Origin: Leucoraja erinacea | Taxonomy: Eukaryota | Assembly: GCF_028641065.1 (NCBI RefSeq) | Contig: NC_073379.1 | Coordinates: forward strand, 9,734,001-9,798,000 | DNA: 64,000 nt | Direction of reading: 5' to 3' | In this document: positions 26,091 through 37,129 of the stretch, piece by piece | Numbering within the stretch: the stretch's first letter is position 1 | How the letters are laid out: the number at the start of each line of letters is the position of its first letter | Notes under the pieces: model-generated | Databases searched by the model: none | Told to the model about the DNA's origin: nothing | What the model saw: only the letters and a program-made list of their open reading frames with translations | Position numbers and translations under genes: made by a program

Positions 26091-26379
26091 AAGTCCTAAG
26101 ACTATACGGTTCTAATGCGGGCGAATGAAATTACGGCATAAAGGACAAAGTCTGACGGGCCTGTTTCTGGACGGCACTTCTGTATGACGACATGATTCCA
26201 CCAGATATATTTCCCTCTCGTAAACCTGGTTAATTCCCTCCGTTCTTTCAGTCCTCTACACCACGACTCCATCTTTCTTTCGTTCCTAGATCCCGCAACT
26301 TTCTGTCCCAGACTTCCATCACCATACTTTATCCAGACCACCCATCCCTCTTTATTTCGCATCTGAATTGATCAATCTC

Positions 26380-27155
26380 ATAGAAACATAGAAACATAGA
26401 CAATAGTTGCAGGAGTAGGCCATTCGGCCCTTCGAGCCTGCACCGCCATTCAATATGATCATGGCTGATCATCCAACTCAGTATCCTGTACCTACCTTCT
26501 CTCCATACCCCCTGATCCCTTTAGCCACAAGGGTCACATCTAACTCCCTCTTAAATATAGCCAATGAACTGCCCTCAACAACCTTCTATGGCAGAGAATT
26601 CCAGAGATTCACCACTCTCTGTGTGAAAAATGTTTTTCTTCATCTCGGTCCTAAAAGATTTCCCCCTTATCCTTAAACTGTGACCCCCCTTGCTCTGGAC
26701 TTTCCCAACATCGGGAACAATCTTCCTGCATCTAGCCTGTCCAACCCCTTAAGAATTTTTTAAGCTTCTATAAGATCCCCCCTCAATCTTCTAAATTCTA
26801 GCGAGTACAAGCCGAGTCTATCCAGTCTTTCTTCATATGAAAGTTCTGCCATCCCAGGAATCAGTCTGGTGAACCTTATCTGTACTCCCTCTATGGCAAG
26901 AATGTCTTTCCTCAGATTAGGAGTCCAAAACTGTACGCAATACTCCAGGTGTGGTCTCACCAAGACCCTGTACAACTGCAGTAGAACCTCCCTGCTCCTA
27001 TACTCAAATTATTTTGCTATGAATGCTAACATACCATTCACTTTCTTCACTGCCTGCTGCACCTGCATGCCTACTTTTAATGACTGGTGTACCATGACAC
27101 CCAGGTCTCGTTGCATCTCCCCTTTTCCTAATCGGCCACCATTCAGATAATAATC
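26380..27155 (-). mobile_element. Young CR1 3' fragment (sense to SLC43A3)
   Basis: [40 protein letters not shown]; (CATAGAAA)n tail on the + strand. Confidence 0.92.
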
Positions 27156-27579
27156 TCGTTATTCTCATACTGCCTCTTCGTCTCCTGCTCCATTACTAAT
27201 CGAATCCACCGCCCCATTCCATCGTTCCATTGATTCGTGTTGTTTCCTCCCTCCCATCGACTTTAAAAACTGTCATTCTTACTCGATCTTCTCATTGTTT
27301 ACCTTCTTCACCCTCTCTGTCAATTTCATCTCTTGCACTCTTTAATATTTCACTTCAGGCTTGTCGCACCAACTACCCTCATATACACTTTTATTGCTCC
27401 ACTCAAGATTCATGCACCCTTTCTAACCATCATTCTCTTCTTATATCCCTAATCCCAGTTCACTTATCTCTCGCCTGTCACTCCCCTTTCGGATTCTTCC
27501 CCCTTTGCTTCCGTCCCTTTCAATTCATCTACATCACAGTCTCCCAGCCCGCATATGCCCCTCCTCCACTGCCCCTTAC

Positions 27580-27753
27580 CTTGCCCGGGATCGCCGTCCG
27601 CCAGGAAATCCAACATAGGATTTATCGTCCCGATAAACAATATGAATCTCAGCTGAATGACTGAGAACCATAGCAGGTGCGTGAGGAAGAGGCTGGAGAA
27701 GACGCAATTCTGGAAGGAGGGAATCTCTTCTTCTTTCTCGTTGTTCAACGAGC
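27580..27753 (-). CDS. SLC43A3: SLC43A3-like coding exon 8 (GSLNNEKEEEIPSFQNCVFSSLFLTHLLWFSVIQLRFILFIGTINPMLDFLADGDPGQ)
   Basis: ctctag| ... G|GTAAGG; HLLWFSVIQL and FIGT.N motifs. Confidence 0.92.
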
Positions 27754-29589
27754 CTAGAGAGAGGGAGTGGAGCGTCATAGGAAAGTAAACACATAAAGTA
27801 GATGCAAATGTGAGCAGTTCTGAGTTGTGACATTCCATGTAAATATTTCAGCCAGCGATGGTGAATAAATGTGTATATGTTTAAGACGTTGTTAGCGGGT
27901 GTAGATCGTGTACCGACGGCGTTTCTGTTTTAAATATGCTGAACGCATTGTGCAAAAGGTGGCATTCAACTTGCAAAGTTGCTTTTGGTGGAGACGTGAG
28001 GAGGGGAGGGGAACGGACATGGAAGAGTCGAAGGCCAGATTTGGAAATATATCAGTGACCATGGGAAAACCAAAGACCAAATAATAGGCAACCAGGGGAA
28101 AGGAGGGAGCGGAAAGGACAACGCAAAAACCCTTTGAGCCAACACAACTCGCCGATCATAGAACACCCATGTATCCTTGTATCCTTTTCAGCATCCTCAT
28201 CGCAATCCCCACTTGACTTTCCTCGGCGGCGGTGTTCATATCTGGACCAGGTTACAGGTGGGAACTAATTTATCATTCTGTACAATTGTGGAATGTGGGA
28301 TGAAGATTAGTGGTAGGATTGGTAATCCGCGGGCTGCGGGCAGGGTTGAACCCTGGTCTTTAGTGCTGTCGGGCAGAAGTATGGATGGATACATCAAGTT
28401 ATCGACCAAGAATATAAGAGGATGAGGGAGAGAAAATCAGCAATGGACAAGGCCGGAAGGGGAGGAGAAGACGAAAGGAAATCTAGAATAAGAGCAGGGT
28501 GAAACTTTATGACTACAAATAAGGGCGAAGAAAATGCAGGGAAATGGGCTCTTCAGCCACGGAGACCACACCGAGCATTTGAACCTGTAGGAGGGAATTC
28601 TGTGCTTTACGCGAACGCAATATCTGACTTCACTCAGATAGGCACAAACACTGCTCGTAGATCAGAGATGCGGCTATCGAAGAAGTCGGTTTATTAAAGG
28701 CCTCGGCAATGTACATCGGAAAACAGTGTCAGCAAGCCCAAACTGCTTAAGCAAGTCATAGCAACCACAACATTGTTATATCCTCATGACACAATGAATT
28801 AAATCATTAATCAATGACTCAGTGGCATTCCATCTTGACTTTCCCCAGAGTTAACTTTAATCTTATGCCTCCTGCACTTTTGAAACTCTCCGTAAATTCC
28901 AATGTCCCCGTAGGGAGGGTTGATTCTACTCATAAAATGGAAGCCCCTCGTTAAAGCGGTCGGTCGTAAAACTTCGGAAGACCGGCCTGCTAAACACAGC
29001 GAGGAAGAGCGGCTATAATCGCAAGAATGCAACAGATAAGTACCTAAACAGATTTACAGTGGACTATCCTCCACCCCCGCCCCTACTGAAAAAACCCTGT
29101 TTTTCAGCAGAATGTTCCATCTTTGCTATTCTGATTACATTCTCGGCCATTTTTCTCATCACGCTTCCTCTAGGGTTAACCATATTAGACCTACACATCT
29201 TCCTTATGAATCTCAAAATTCCCGACTATAGTACTCACCCTGCATTAATCCTGCACAATGTTGACATTATCCCCACATCCTCATCATCTGTAGCCCAGGA
29301 GCTATCACTCACATATAACCGAGTGACCTATCACAACGGCCAATTAACGCAATGACCGCGCGCTTTCGTTCCTGGGAGTCCAGGGCATCTGGAGGAAACC
29401 CTCGATCTCAGAGAGGACATGCAAAATCCACATTGTACAGATAACTCCAAATATCGGAGTTAAACCCGGGCCTCTGCCGCTGCGAGGGAAGTGGAACGCG
29501 ATAAATAGAGCGGGTGTGGAAATGAAGATATTATGAAGGGAAGTGGAGGAGAGGCAAGGGTGATAGTGACGTATTGGAGGAATTGTTAC

Positions 29590-30284
29590 CTTCTGCTCCA
29601 CTGGGCTGCAGATCACCAGCGTTAGTTGACTGTGCAGGTCCATCCGCCGTAGTTCGCACTCTGTCCACCGATCCGTCATCTCTTTCTGATTCCATCTCTA
29701 CACTTTCTTCTCTAAGGTCTCCCTCAGTTTCCTTTTGCGCTTCGTGACTTTCTATTTTATCCGAACCCGCTCCAACCCCAATTTTTCTCTCTCTGATTCC
29801 CCCTTTAATCCCCTCTCGCATTTTCTCTTCGATCTCTTTGAGTTGCTCTTTGTCCATCTTCACCATTCCTTCCGCGGTATTTCCATCAGTCTCTGATGCA
29901 TCGACCGCAACATTCATCCTTGTCTTTCTAGGGTCCCCAACTGCCCTTCCCATTTCATCGTCGCCTTTCACTTCCTTCCTTTCATCTCCCTCTGCCTCTT
30001 GTCCATTATCTCCGATGTCTCTCTCCGTTTCTTCCCTCCCTTCCCCGGAGTGCCTTCCCGTTTTTTCCAATTCCAGTCTGTAGTGTCCATTCGTCTCCGC
30101 CCCACCATCTGCAGCGTCTTCTTCCGCCTGTTTCCATCGCACTCTAACGTGTCCTTCCGTGTCCTCTCTTCCATTGACAGCGTATCCTTCCCCCAATTCC
30201 TCCCTGTGGCCCTCCTCGGACTCAGCCTCTTCCCGGCGAGAGTTCATTGAGAGTGCGCTGCATCGAAACACGGCGCAATTCACT
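29590..30284 (-). CDS. SLC43A3: SLC43A3-like coding exon 7: 695-nt E/D/G/R-rich central loop
   Basis: Open throughout (ORF 29531..30283); acceptor cccag|A, donor GAAG|GTAACA; phase 2 in and phase 1 out exactly bridges exons 6 and 8. Confidence 0.78.
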
Positions 30285-31036
30285 CTGGGTGGAAAGATAA
30301 GAGTGTGATTTGAAGACGGCTCACATTTAATGTCGAATGGGCCAAAGGACGATTATTTTGTAATAATTTAAGAGATCGATAACAATTGCGATTTAAAGAT
30401 AACCCATTTCCCGGTCAATCCCAACCGCGTGTCATTCATTGCAAGGCATATAAAAACCGGCCACATCACAAACATCTTGAAACATTCATCACATCTCTGC
30501 CTTTACAAAGTCTCGAGCAATTGCTCTTATCTTGAAAACCTTTGAAACTGCCCATTGGTGCCCGTCTGCAACACTGCCCTGTGCATCTATTGGGTCGATA
30601 ACTTGCCTCGAGCTAACTGGTGCATTTAGCTTCCAGTCTGTCACTTACTGCCAGATACTTGTTCACGTTACTAACTCCTCGTTCCGATTGCAGACCAAGA
30701 AACACTGTCAGGTACTTCTTATTGTATATTTATAAACCAAATGCATTGGTCAATTTTTAGCTAGCAACGGACAGTATTTTTTAAATTAGATTTCAGGACG
30801 TATTCGATTCCTGGATAGTTATTATTCGATCTTTAAACAATCAACTTGCTTAGATTTGAATATGAAACCTCGTTAACATTAAAATTACTATTGGTGTCAA
30901 CAACTTTGAACGGAGGATGATTAATAATGTAAACGGTTAATTCTAAATGGATAAAGTTGATAAATTTATAAATTGATTAAGTTGTATAATGCGTGTTTTA
31001 TATAGAAATGACTGGTCATCTGAGGAATACACGGTT

Positions 31037-32075
31037 TAGGTATGTTGCAAAGCCTACCTGAAGCGTCGCTGAAAATCTGTCCCAGCCCGTGTGCGCGATT
31101 TAGGCGCCGTTTAGAGGGGGCGGGTTTAAAACGCGATTTTCCCTAGGCTGTTCAAATCGAGGTTTTTCAGCCTAGTTAATTATTAACGAAAAATCGCTGG
31201 AAGATTCCATAGCTGGAGCTATTTTATAGTTTTAAGGGATTTATTTACTTGCTATAGTAGGTTAAAAATTAACCTCTAAACCCCCGACCGCCGACAACGG
31301 GTCGGATCTCATACAGGGGACAACAGAAGGTAGGCTGTTTATTTGTATGTTAAAAAGGGCTTCTTAAGATCCCTTTATACAAAGTTTAATGTTGTGAGTA
31401 GCTAATTTGGGCCCCATTATATCCCACAATGTTTTTCTGGGCACTTGAGGGCACAAATCCAGCGCAATGTGAACGTTCTAAACCAGCGTTCACAGGATCC
31501 CACGAGAAAGCTGATTTAAAATCGACTTTAATTTACAGCAATTGAACACTAAATTCCTTCCATTTGGCCTATAAGTTAATGTAAATGAGATTTTAAAATC
31601 ATGTTTTATTGTGAATTATTTGTGAATATTATTTGGACACATGCTATGTAAAAATGTTAATCATTTATTAAGAAATGGATAGATGTTTAGATCTAGTAAT
31701 TGAAGTCTGAAATTAGCTACAATTGGGTAACTAACTAATTATATGATTTAATTTCAGGTCACCCAAGTAAGATTATTTTATATTTGTTTCAGGATGCTTC
31801 AATCTATGATAACTGAAAGTTTCATTCAGTTCTCTTAATTTTTAAGAAAGTTATGGGCTTTTGACTGTCCATGATCACAGTTTTTTGTGTTATGTCCATA
31901 GAAAATCAATAGGGAACAAGATGCTAATTTACGAGTATGAAAATGGCCATACCTTTTTAAATACTTGAGATATGAAAGTGAATTAGGTGTCAAATTAAAC
32001 TTATTTTTATGCTTTAACTGATGGGATAAATTGCAGACTTGATTTTTTAAATCTTAAAATGTTGTAACATTGCTA
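31037..32075. mobile_element. Complete ~1.04-kb non-autonomous DNA transposon with imperfect TIRs and target duplication
   Basis: Ends TAGGTATGTTGCAA ... TTGTAACATTGCTA; flanks repeat (TA)CACGGTT(TA). TSD is 7-11 bp depending on where the boundary is drawn, so the superfamily is unresolved. Confidence 0.8.
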
Positions 32076-33255
32076 CACGGTTTAGTAACTGAAGACGATA
32101 CGGCTGGTGTAATTCAGTGGGAAAAGGCAGCCGCACTGGAGATAAGGAATTGATGACGTTTCGGGTCGAGACCCTTCCCCAGACTGGGAATCAGGGGAGA
32201 TGGAAACTAGAGAGATGGAAGGGTGCAATGAGAATGTAAGGTGTGAAAACGGCAAATTCAAAGCGCACGTTGATCAAGGGAATGTAGAATGGTTCACTGT
32301 TGGCTGAGGGGGGAGTGACAACGAGACAAACAGTAACATTGATCGGGGGAAAGTGAAGGTTGTCGGAAAACTAGGGTGGGAGAGGGACGGAGAGAGAGGG
32401 AATGCACGGGAAAGAAGCTAAATCTGGAATAGAGGGAGGGATGCTGCGTGTAAGAGAACGCACGAGTTGAACATTGGGAACCGGAGTCGGAGGAATGTGA
32501 TGTCAGAGGATATAGGGCTGGTGAAGGAGTGAATGATGACGCGGTGGGTTGGCAAGCAACTTGTGAAAGAAGCGGGAGTTGGGGAAATGAGGAAGGTGGG
32601 GTTGAAATTGGAAAACAAATCAACGTCTATACCGTTGGAATTTAGGCAGCAGACGTCTCTCGGTCCAAAACGTTGTCAGTTCACAAATGCTGCCACACGC
32701 ACGGAATACCTCAGCAGTTTGTTTTAACACTTAATATTCCAGCATATTTTGGCTCCACTTCTGTAGATTGCATGAAGATTGTGGACACGCATTGTTTTTC
32801 TCAGGTTAAACCATCGTATCATTTGATTAGATTCTAGCTTCATGCTCACTCTCCTGTCTTTCCTAAATATTATGTTGGCCGCTCCTGGCCTTCTGAAAAG
32901 GTATTTATACTGTGGACATTGTAAATATTTATTTTCCGCGATTGTGGAGTCGTCAAAGTACTGGACAAGCTAGATGTAGGGGAAATGTTCCCAATCATAA
33001 GGGAGACCAGAACCAGGGGGCTCAGTCTAATAATAAACGAGAGGCAATTTAAAATATAGATAACAAAAATCTATTTCACCCAAAGAGTTGTGAATTTGTG
33101 TAATTCTCTGTCATAGAAGGCAGAAGAGGTCAATTCATTGGATGAATTTGAAAGATTGTTAGATAGAGCTCTAGGGGCTAGCTGAATCAAGGGATATGCC
33201 AAGAAGGTAGGCACGGGTTACTGCTTATGGATGATCAGTCATGATCACAATGAAT

Positions 33256-35133
33256 CTGGCAGGGAACATTAAAACTGACTGCAAAAGTTTTTATAGATAT
33301 GTGAAAAGAAAGAGATTAGTTAAAACAAATGTAGGTCCCTTGCAGTCAGAAACAGGTGATTTGATCATGGGGAACAAGGATATGGCGGACCAATTGAATA
33401 ACTACTTTGGTTCCGTCTTCACTAAGGAAGACATAAATAATTTGCCGGAAATAGCAGGGGACCGCGGGTCAAAGGAGTTGGAGGAATTGAGTGAAATCCA
33501 GGTTAGCCGGGAAGTAGTGTTGGGTAAATTGAATGGATTAAAGGCCAATAAATCCCCAGGGGCAGATAGGGTGCATCCCAGAATACTTATGGAAGTAGCT
33601 CCAGAAATAGTGGATGCATTAGTAATAATCTTTCAAAACTCTTTAGATTCTGGAGTAGTTCCTGAGGATTGGCGGGTAGCAAACGTAACCCCACTTTTTA
33701 AGAAGGGAGGGAGAGCAAAAACGGGGAATTACAGACCAGTTAGTCTAACATCGGTAGTGGGGAAACTGCTAGTCAGTTATTAAACATGGGATAGCAGCAC
33801 ATTTGGAAAGTGGTGCAATCATTGGACAAGGTCAGCATGGATTTACGAAAGGTAAATCATGTCTGACGAATCTTATAGAATTTTTCGAGGATGTAACTAG
33901 TAGCATGGATAGGGGAGAACCAGTGGATGTGGTGTATCTGGACTTCCAGAAGGCTTTCGACAAGGACCCACATAAGAGATTAGTATACAAACTTAAAGTA
34001 CACGGCATTGGGGGTTCAGTATTGATGTGGTAGAGAACTGGCTGGCAAACAGGAAGCAAAGAGTAGGAGTAAACGGGTCCTTTTCACAATGGCAGGCAGT
34101 GACTAGTGGGGTACCGCAAGGCTCAGTGCTGGGACCCCAGCTATTTACAATATATATTAATGATCTGGATGAGGGAATTGAAGGCAAAATCTCCAAGTTT
34201 GCAGATGACACTAAGCTGGGGGGCAGTGTTAGCTGTGAGGAGGATGCTAGGAGACTGCAAGGTGACTTGGATAGGCTGGGTGAGTGGGCAAATGTTTGGC
34301 AGATGCAGTATAATGTGGATAAATGTGAGGTTATCCATTTTGATGGCAAAAACAGGAAAGCAGACTATTATCTAAATGGTGGCCGACTAGGAAAAGGGGA
34401 GATGCAGCGAGACCTGGGTGTCATGGTACACCAGTCATTGAAAGTAGGCATGCAGGTGCAGCAGGCAGTGAAGAAAGCGAATGGTATGTTAACTTTCATA
34501 GCAAAAGGATTTGAGTATAGGAGCAGGGAGGTTCTACTGCAGTTGTACAGGGTCTTGGTGAGACCACACCTGGAGTATTGCGTATAGTTTTGGTCTCCAA
34601 ATCTGAGGAAGGACATTATTGCCATAGAGGGAGTGCAGAGAAGGTTCACCAGACTGATTCCTGGGATGTCAGGACTGTCTTATGAAGAAAGACTGGATAG
34701 ACTTGGTTTATACTCTCTAGAATTTAGGAGATTGAGAGGGGAGCTTATAGAAACTTGCAAAGTTCTTAAGGGGTTGGACAGGCTAGATGCAGGAAGATTG
34801 TTCCCGATGTTGGGGAAGTCCAGGACAAGGGGTCGCAGCTTAAGGATAAGGGGGAAATCCGTTAAAACCGAGATGAGAAGAACTTTTTTCACACAGAGAG
34901 TGGTGAATGTCTGGAACTCTCTGCCACAGAGGGTAGTCGAGGCCAGTTCATTGGCTATATTTAAGAGGGAGTTAGATGTGGCCCTTGTGGCTAAGGGGAT
35001 CAGGGGGTATGGAGAGAAAGCAGGTACGGGATACTGAGTTGGATGATCAGCCATGATCATATTGAATGGCGGTGCAGGCTCGAAGGGCCGAATGGCCTAC
35101 TCCTGCACCTAATTTCTATGTTTCTATGTTTCT
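33256..35133 (+). mobile_element. Young CR1 LINE (frameshifted RT) inserted into the 3' UTR of an older CR1 (~32950-33255 and 35134-35200)
   Basis: ORF pieces 33241, 33803, 34027, 34633; ATGAAT duplicated at 33250-33255 and 35134-35139; the older tail resumes as ggcggtgctggctcgaaggg. Confidence 0.92.
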
Positions 35134-35746
35134 ATGAATGGCGGTGCTGGCTCGAAGGGCAGAACGGCCTCTTCCTTCTCCTATTTTCTATGTTTCTATA
35201 AGTGTAATCGGTCAAGGATTTAAAGCTGGAGAAGGGGATTTTAAAGGTTACTTGAGGAGGGTTTAGTTACACAGAAAGTGGTTGAAAACTGAAATATGCT
35301 GCATTCGGAGACGGTTGGCACAAACGCAAAGCGTACATAGTGGTCGACATTTTTAATTTCATTGGTGTGATCTTCAATGATTCTGCAAATTCACCCCAGG
35401 TTTTAGATCGATCCCGGGTCGCCACGTTTCTGGATATAAACCTGCGGATCTTTCGACGGGATCGTACTTGTCAACCATTCATGTAATTCTGTGGGGTTTT
35501 TTTCCAATTGGATTCATCCTATTGTCCCCTCTCCCTGTTATTGTCTAAACCTAAATTTGATTTCAGCCTGCAACACTTTCCTGTGACTCAATTCTCGGTG
35601 TAAAACGCTTCATCTCCAGATATGGTTGTAGCTTGTAACTGACATTTGATATGAACGCAGACTCCCAAAATCTTGGATAAATATCCATACACTATTTTCG
35701 CCTTCTTAGTTCACACATATCATCCCACCCTGATTCTGGGCCTTAC

Positions 35747-35886
35747 CCGTAAGTATACCCTTCAGGCAGAGGGTAGGGAATGTGTCTCCGAGGAAAGAGG
35801 AATATGGTGCGAAGGACATGGATGAAGCTTAGGCAGCTGATGAACAGGAAGATTGACATCAATGAGAAACCAGCTTCATACACCAG
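35747..35886 (-). CDS. SLC43A3: SLC43A3-like coding exon 6 (LVYEAGFSLMSIFLFISCLS...PRRHIPYPLPEGYTYG)
   Basis: 140-nt exon, ttcag| ... |GTAAGG; HIPYPLP motif. Confidence 0.93.
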
Positions 35887-36381
35887 CTGAATAGAAGAGA
35901 CGGGGGAACGGTGTGAGGACTTTGGATCAATACAAGTCATCATTAACAGTAACGCCGACCTCAGCATTATTCTCCACACATACGTCCCACCCTGTTCCTC
36001 CTCCAATCATCTATCCCGCGTTTCTCACATACACTCATTCACGGCATAATGTATCTGTCTCGTCGTCTTTCCCATGAAACGTTCCACTTCGATCTCTCTC
36101 CCTACATTTTCTTCTATCTCTACTTATTCCGAGGCCTTGCAACTCGCACCTCGTCTCACGGTCAGCCACTACTTTCCAAGTGCCGCTCCTCCAATTCTTA
36201 GCACCATTCAGTATCATTCCCATGATGGTGTTGACGGGCCGAACTGAGTTAGCAAGCCACACCCTGATCCTGAATCAGGAGGGAGCGGTCATCGTCTCGT
36301 AGTGTCCTTTCAAGTGGATCTGTGGGATGTTGATGCGAGAGACCGAGCCCATCGTATTTGCTTCAGCTCCTGGTTTCCTAG

Positions 36382-36420
<39 letters not shown>

Positions 36421-36755
36421 TCTTCTTTCACATGTTTCACCATTTCGGTTGACTTCAATCTTATTTTGAAACTTCGATTCATTCTTCCATATCGTAACCA
36501 TCGTTGTGCAGAAACTTGTTCGCTAAAGCCCCCCCCCCCCACCCCCCCCCCCCCCCCCCCCACCACCACCCCCACCCTCCCCTCCCATCCGTGCCCCCAA
36601 ACATCACAAAGGATTCCTTTAGTGCCTGATCTAAGCATATTCTGTCCAATATCCTCTCAACAATCTGTCACCTTAAGAAACAACCCCAGCTTACCAATCC
36701 ATTACATTACATGGTTCATTGCGAGTAAGTTTAAGTCGATGTCAGTAAACCGCAC

Positions 36756-36848
36756 CTTGACCACCAAGACGACGACTGCGGAGGAATCAAAGGCCCCGTT
36801 GAACAACGTGATGACAGTCGATCTTTTGCTCCAAAATAAATTTCCAAC
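36756..36848 (-). CDS. SLC43A3: SLC43A3-like coding exon 5 ([31 protein letters not shown])
   Basis: 93-nt phase-0 exon, cag| ... AAG|GTGCGG; NGAFDSS motif. Confidence 0.93.
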
Positions 36849-37129
36849 CTGGGGTCGTATGAAAACACCAGTCAGCGTGCAACCGAGTACACATGGATGT
36901 TGCCGAAATATTTGCACATCATGCCCCGTTCTGTTTGCCCAGGACCAAAGTGAAGCTTAGATTATATTAGCGCCCAATGTTGTTAATTTATCTTTCTCGT
37001 GTGTGAAACTGACTCCTGCACCGTGTAAGAACCACTGGCTCCACCTTGTGACTCTAATTACACAAATAGAAGCCATTACGTTAACATTTGCACTGGTCTA
37101 GAAATTCATGCGCAGCAAAACATACTGCA

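Noticed and set aside
28669-29033. Possible solo LTR (TG..CA, minus-strand AATAAA)
   Set aside because: The flanking duplication is imperfect and there is no second copy in the window.
36382-36562. Long poly-C runs (also poly-G at ~18796-18825) as functional elements
   Set aside because: Homopolymer lengths are unreliable in assemblies and nothing else supports function.
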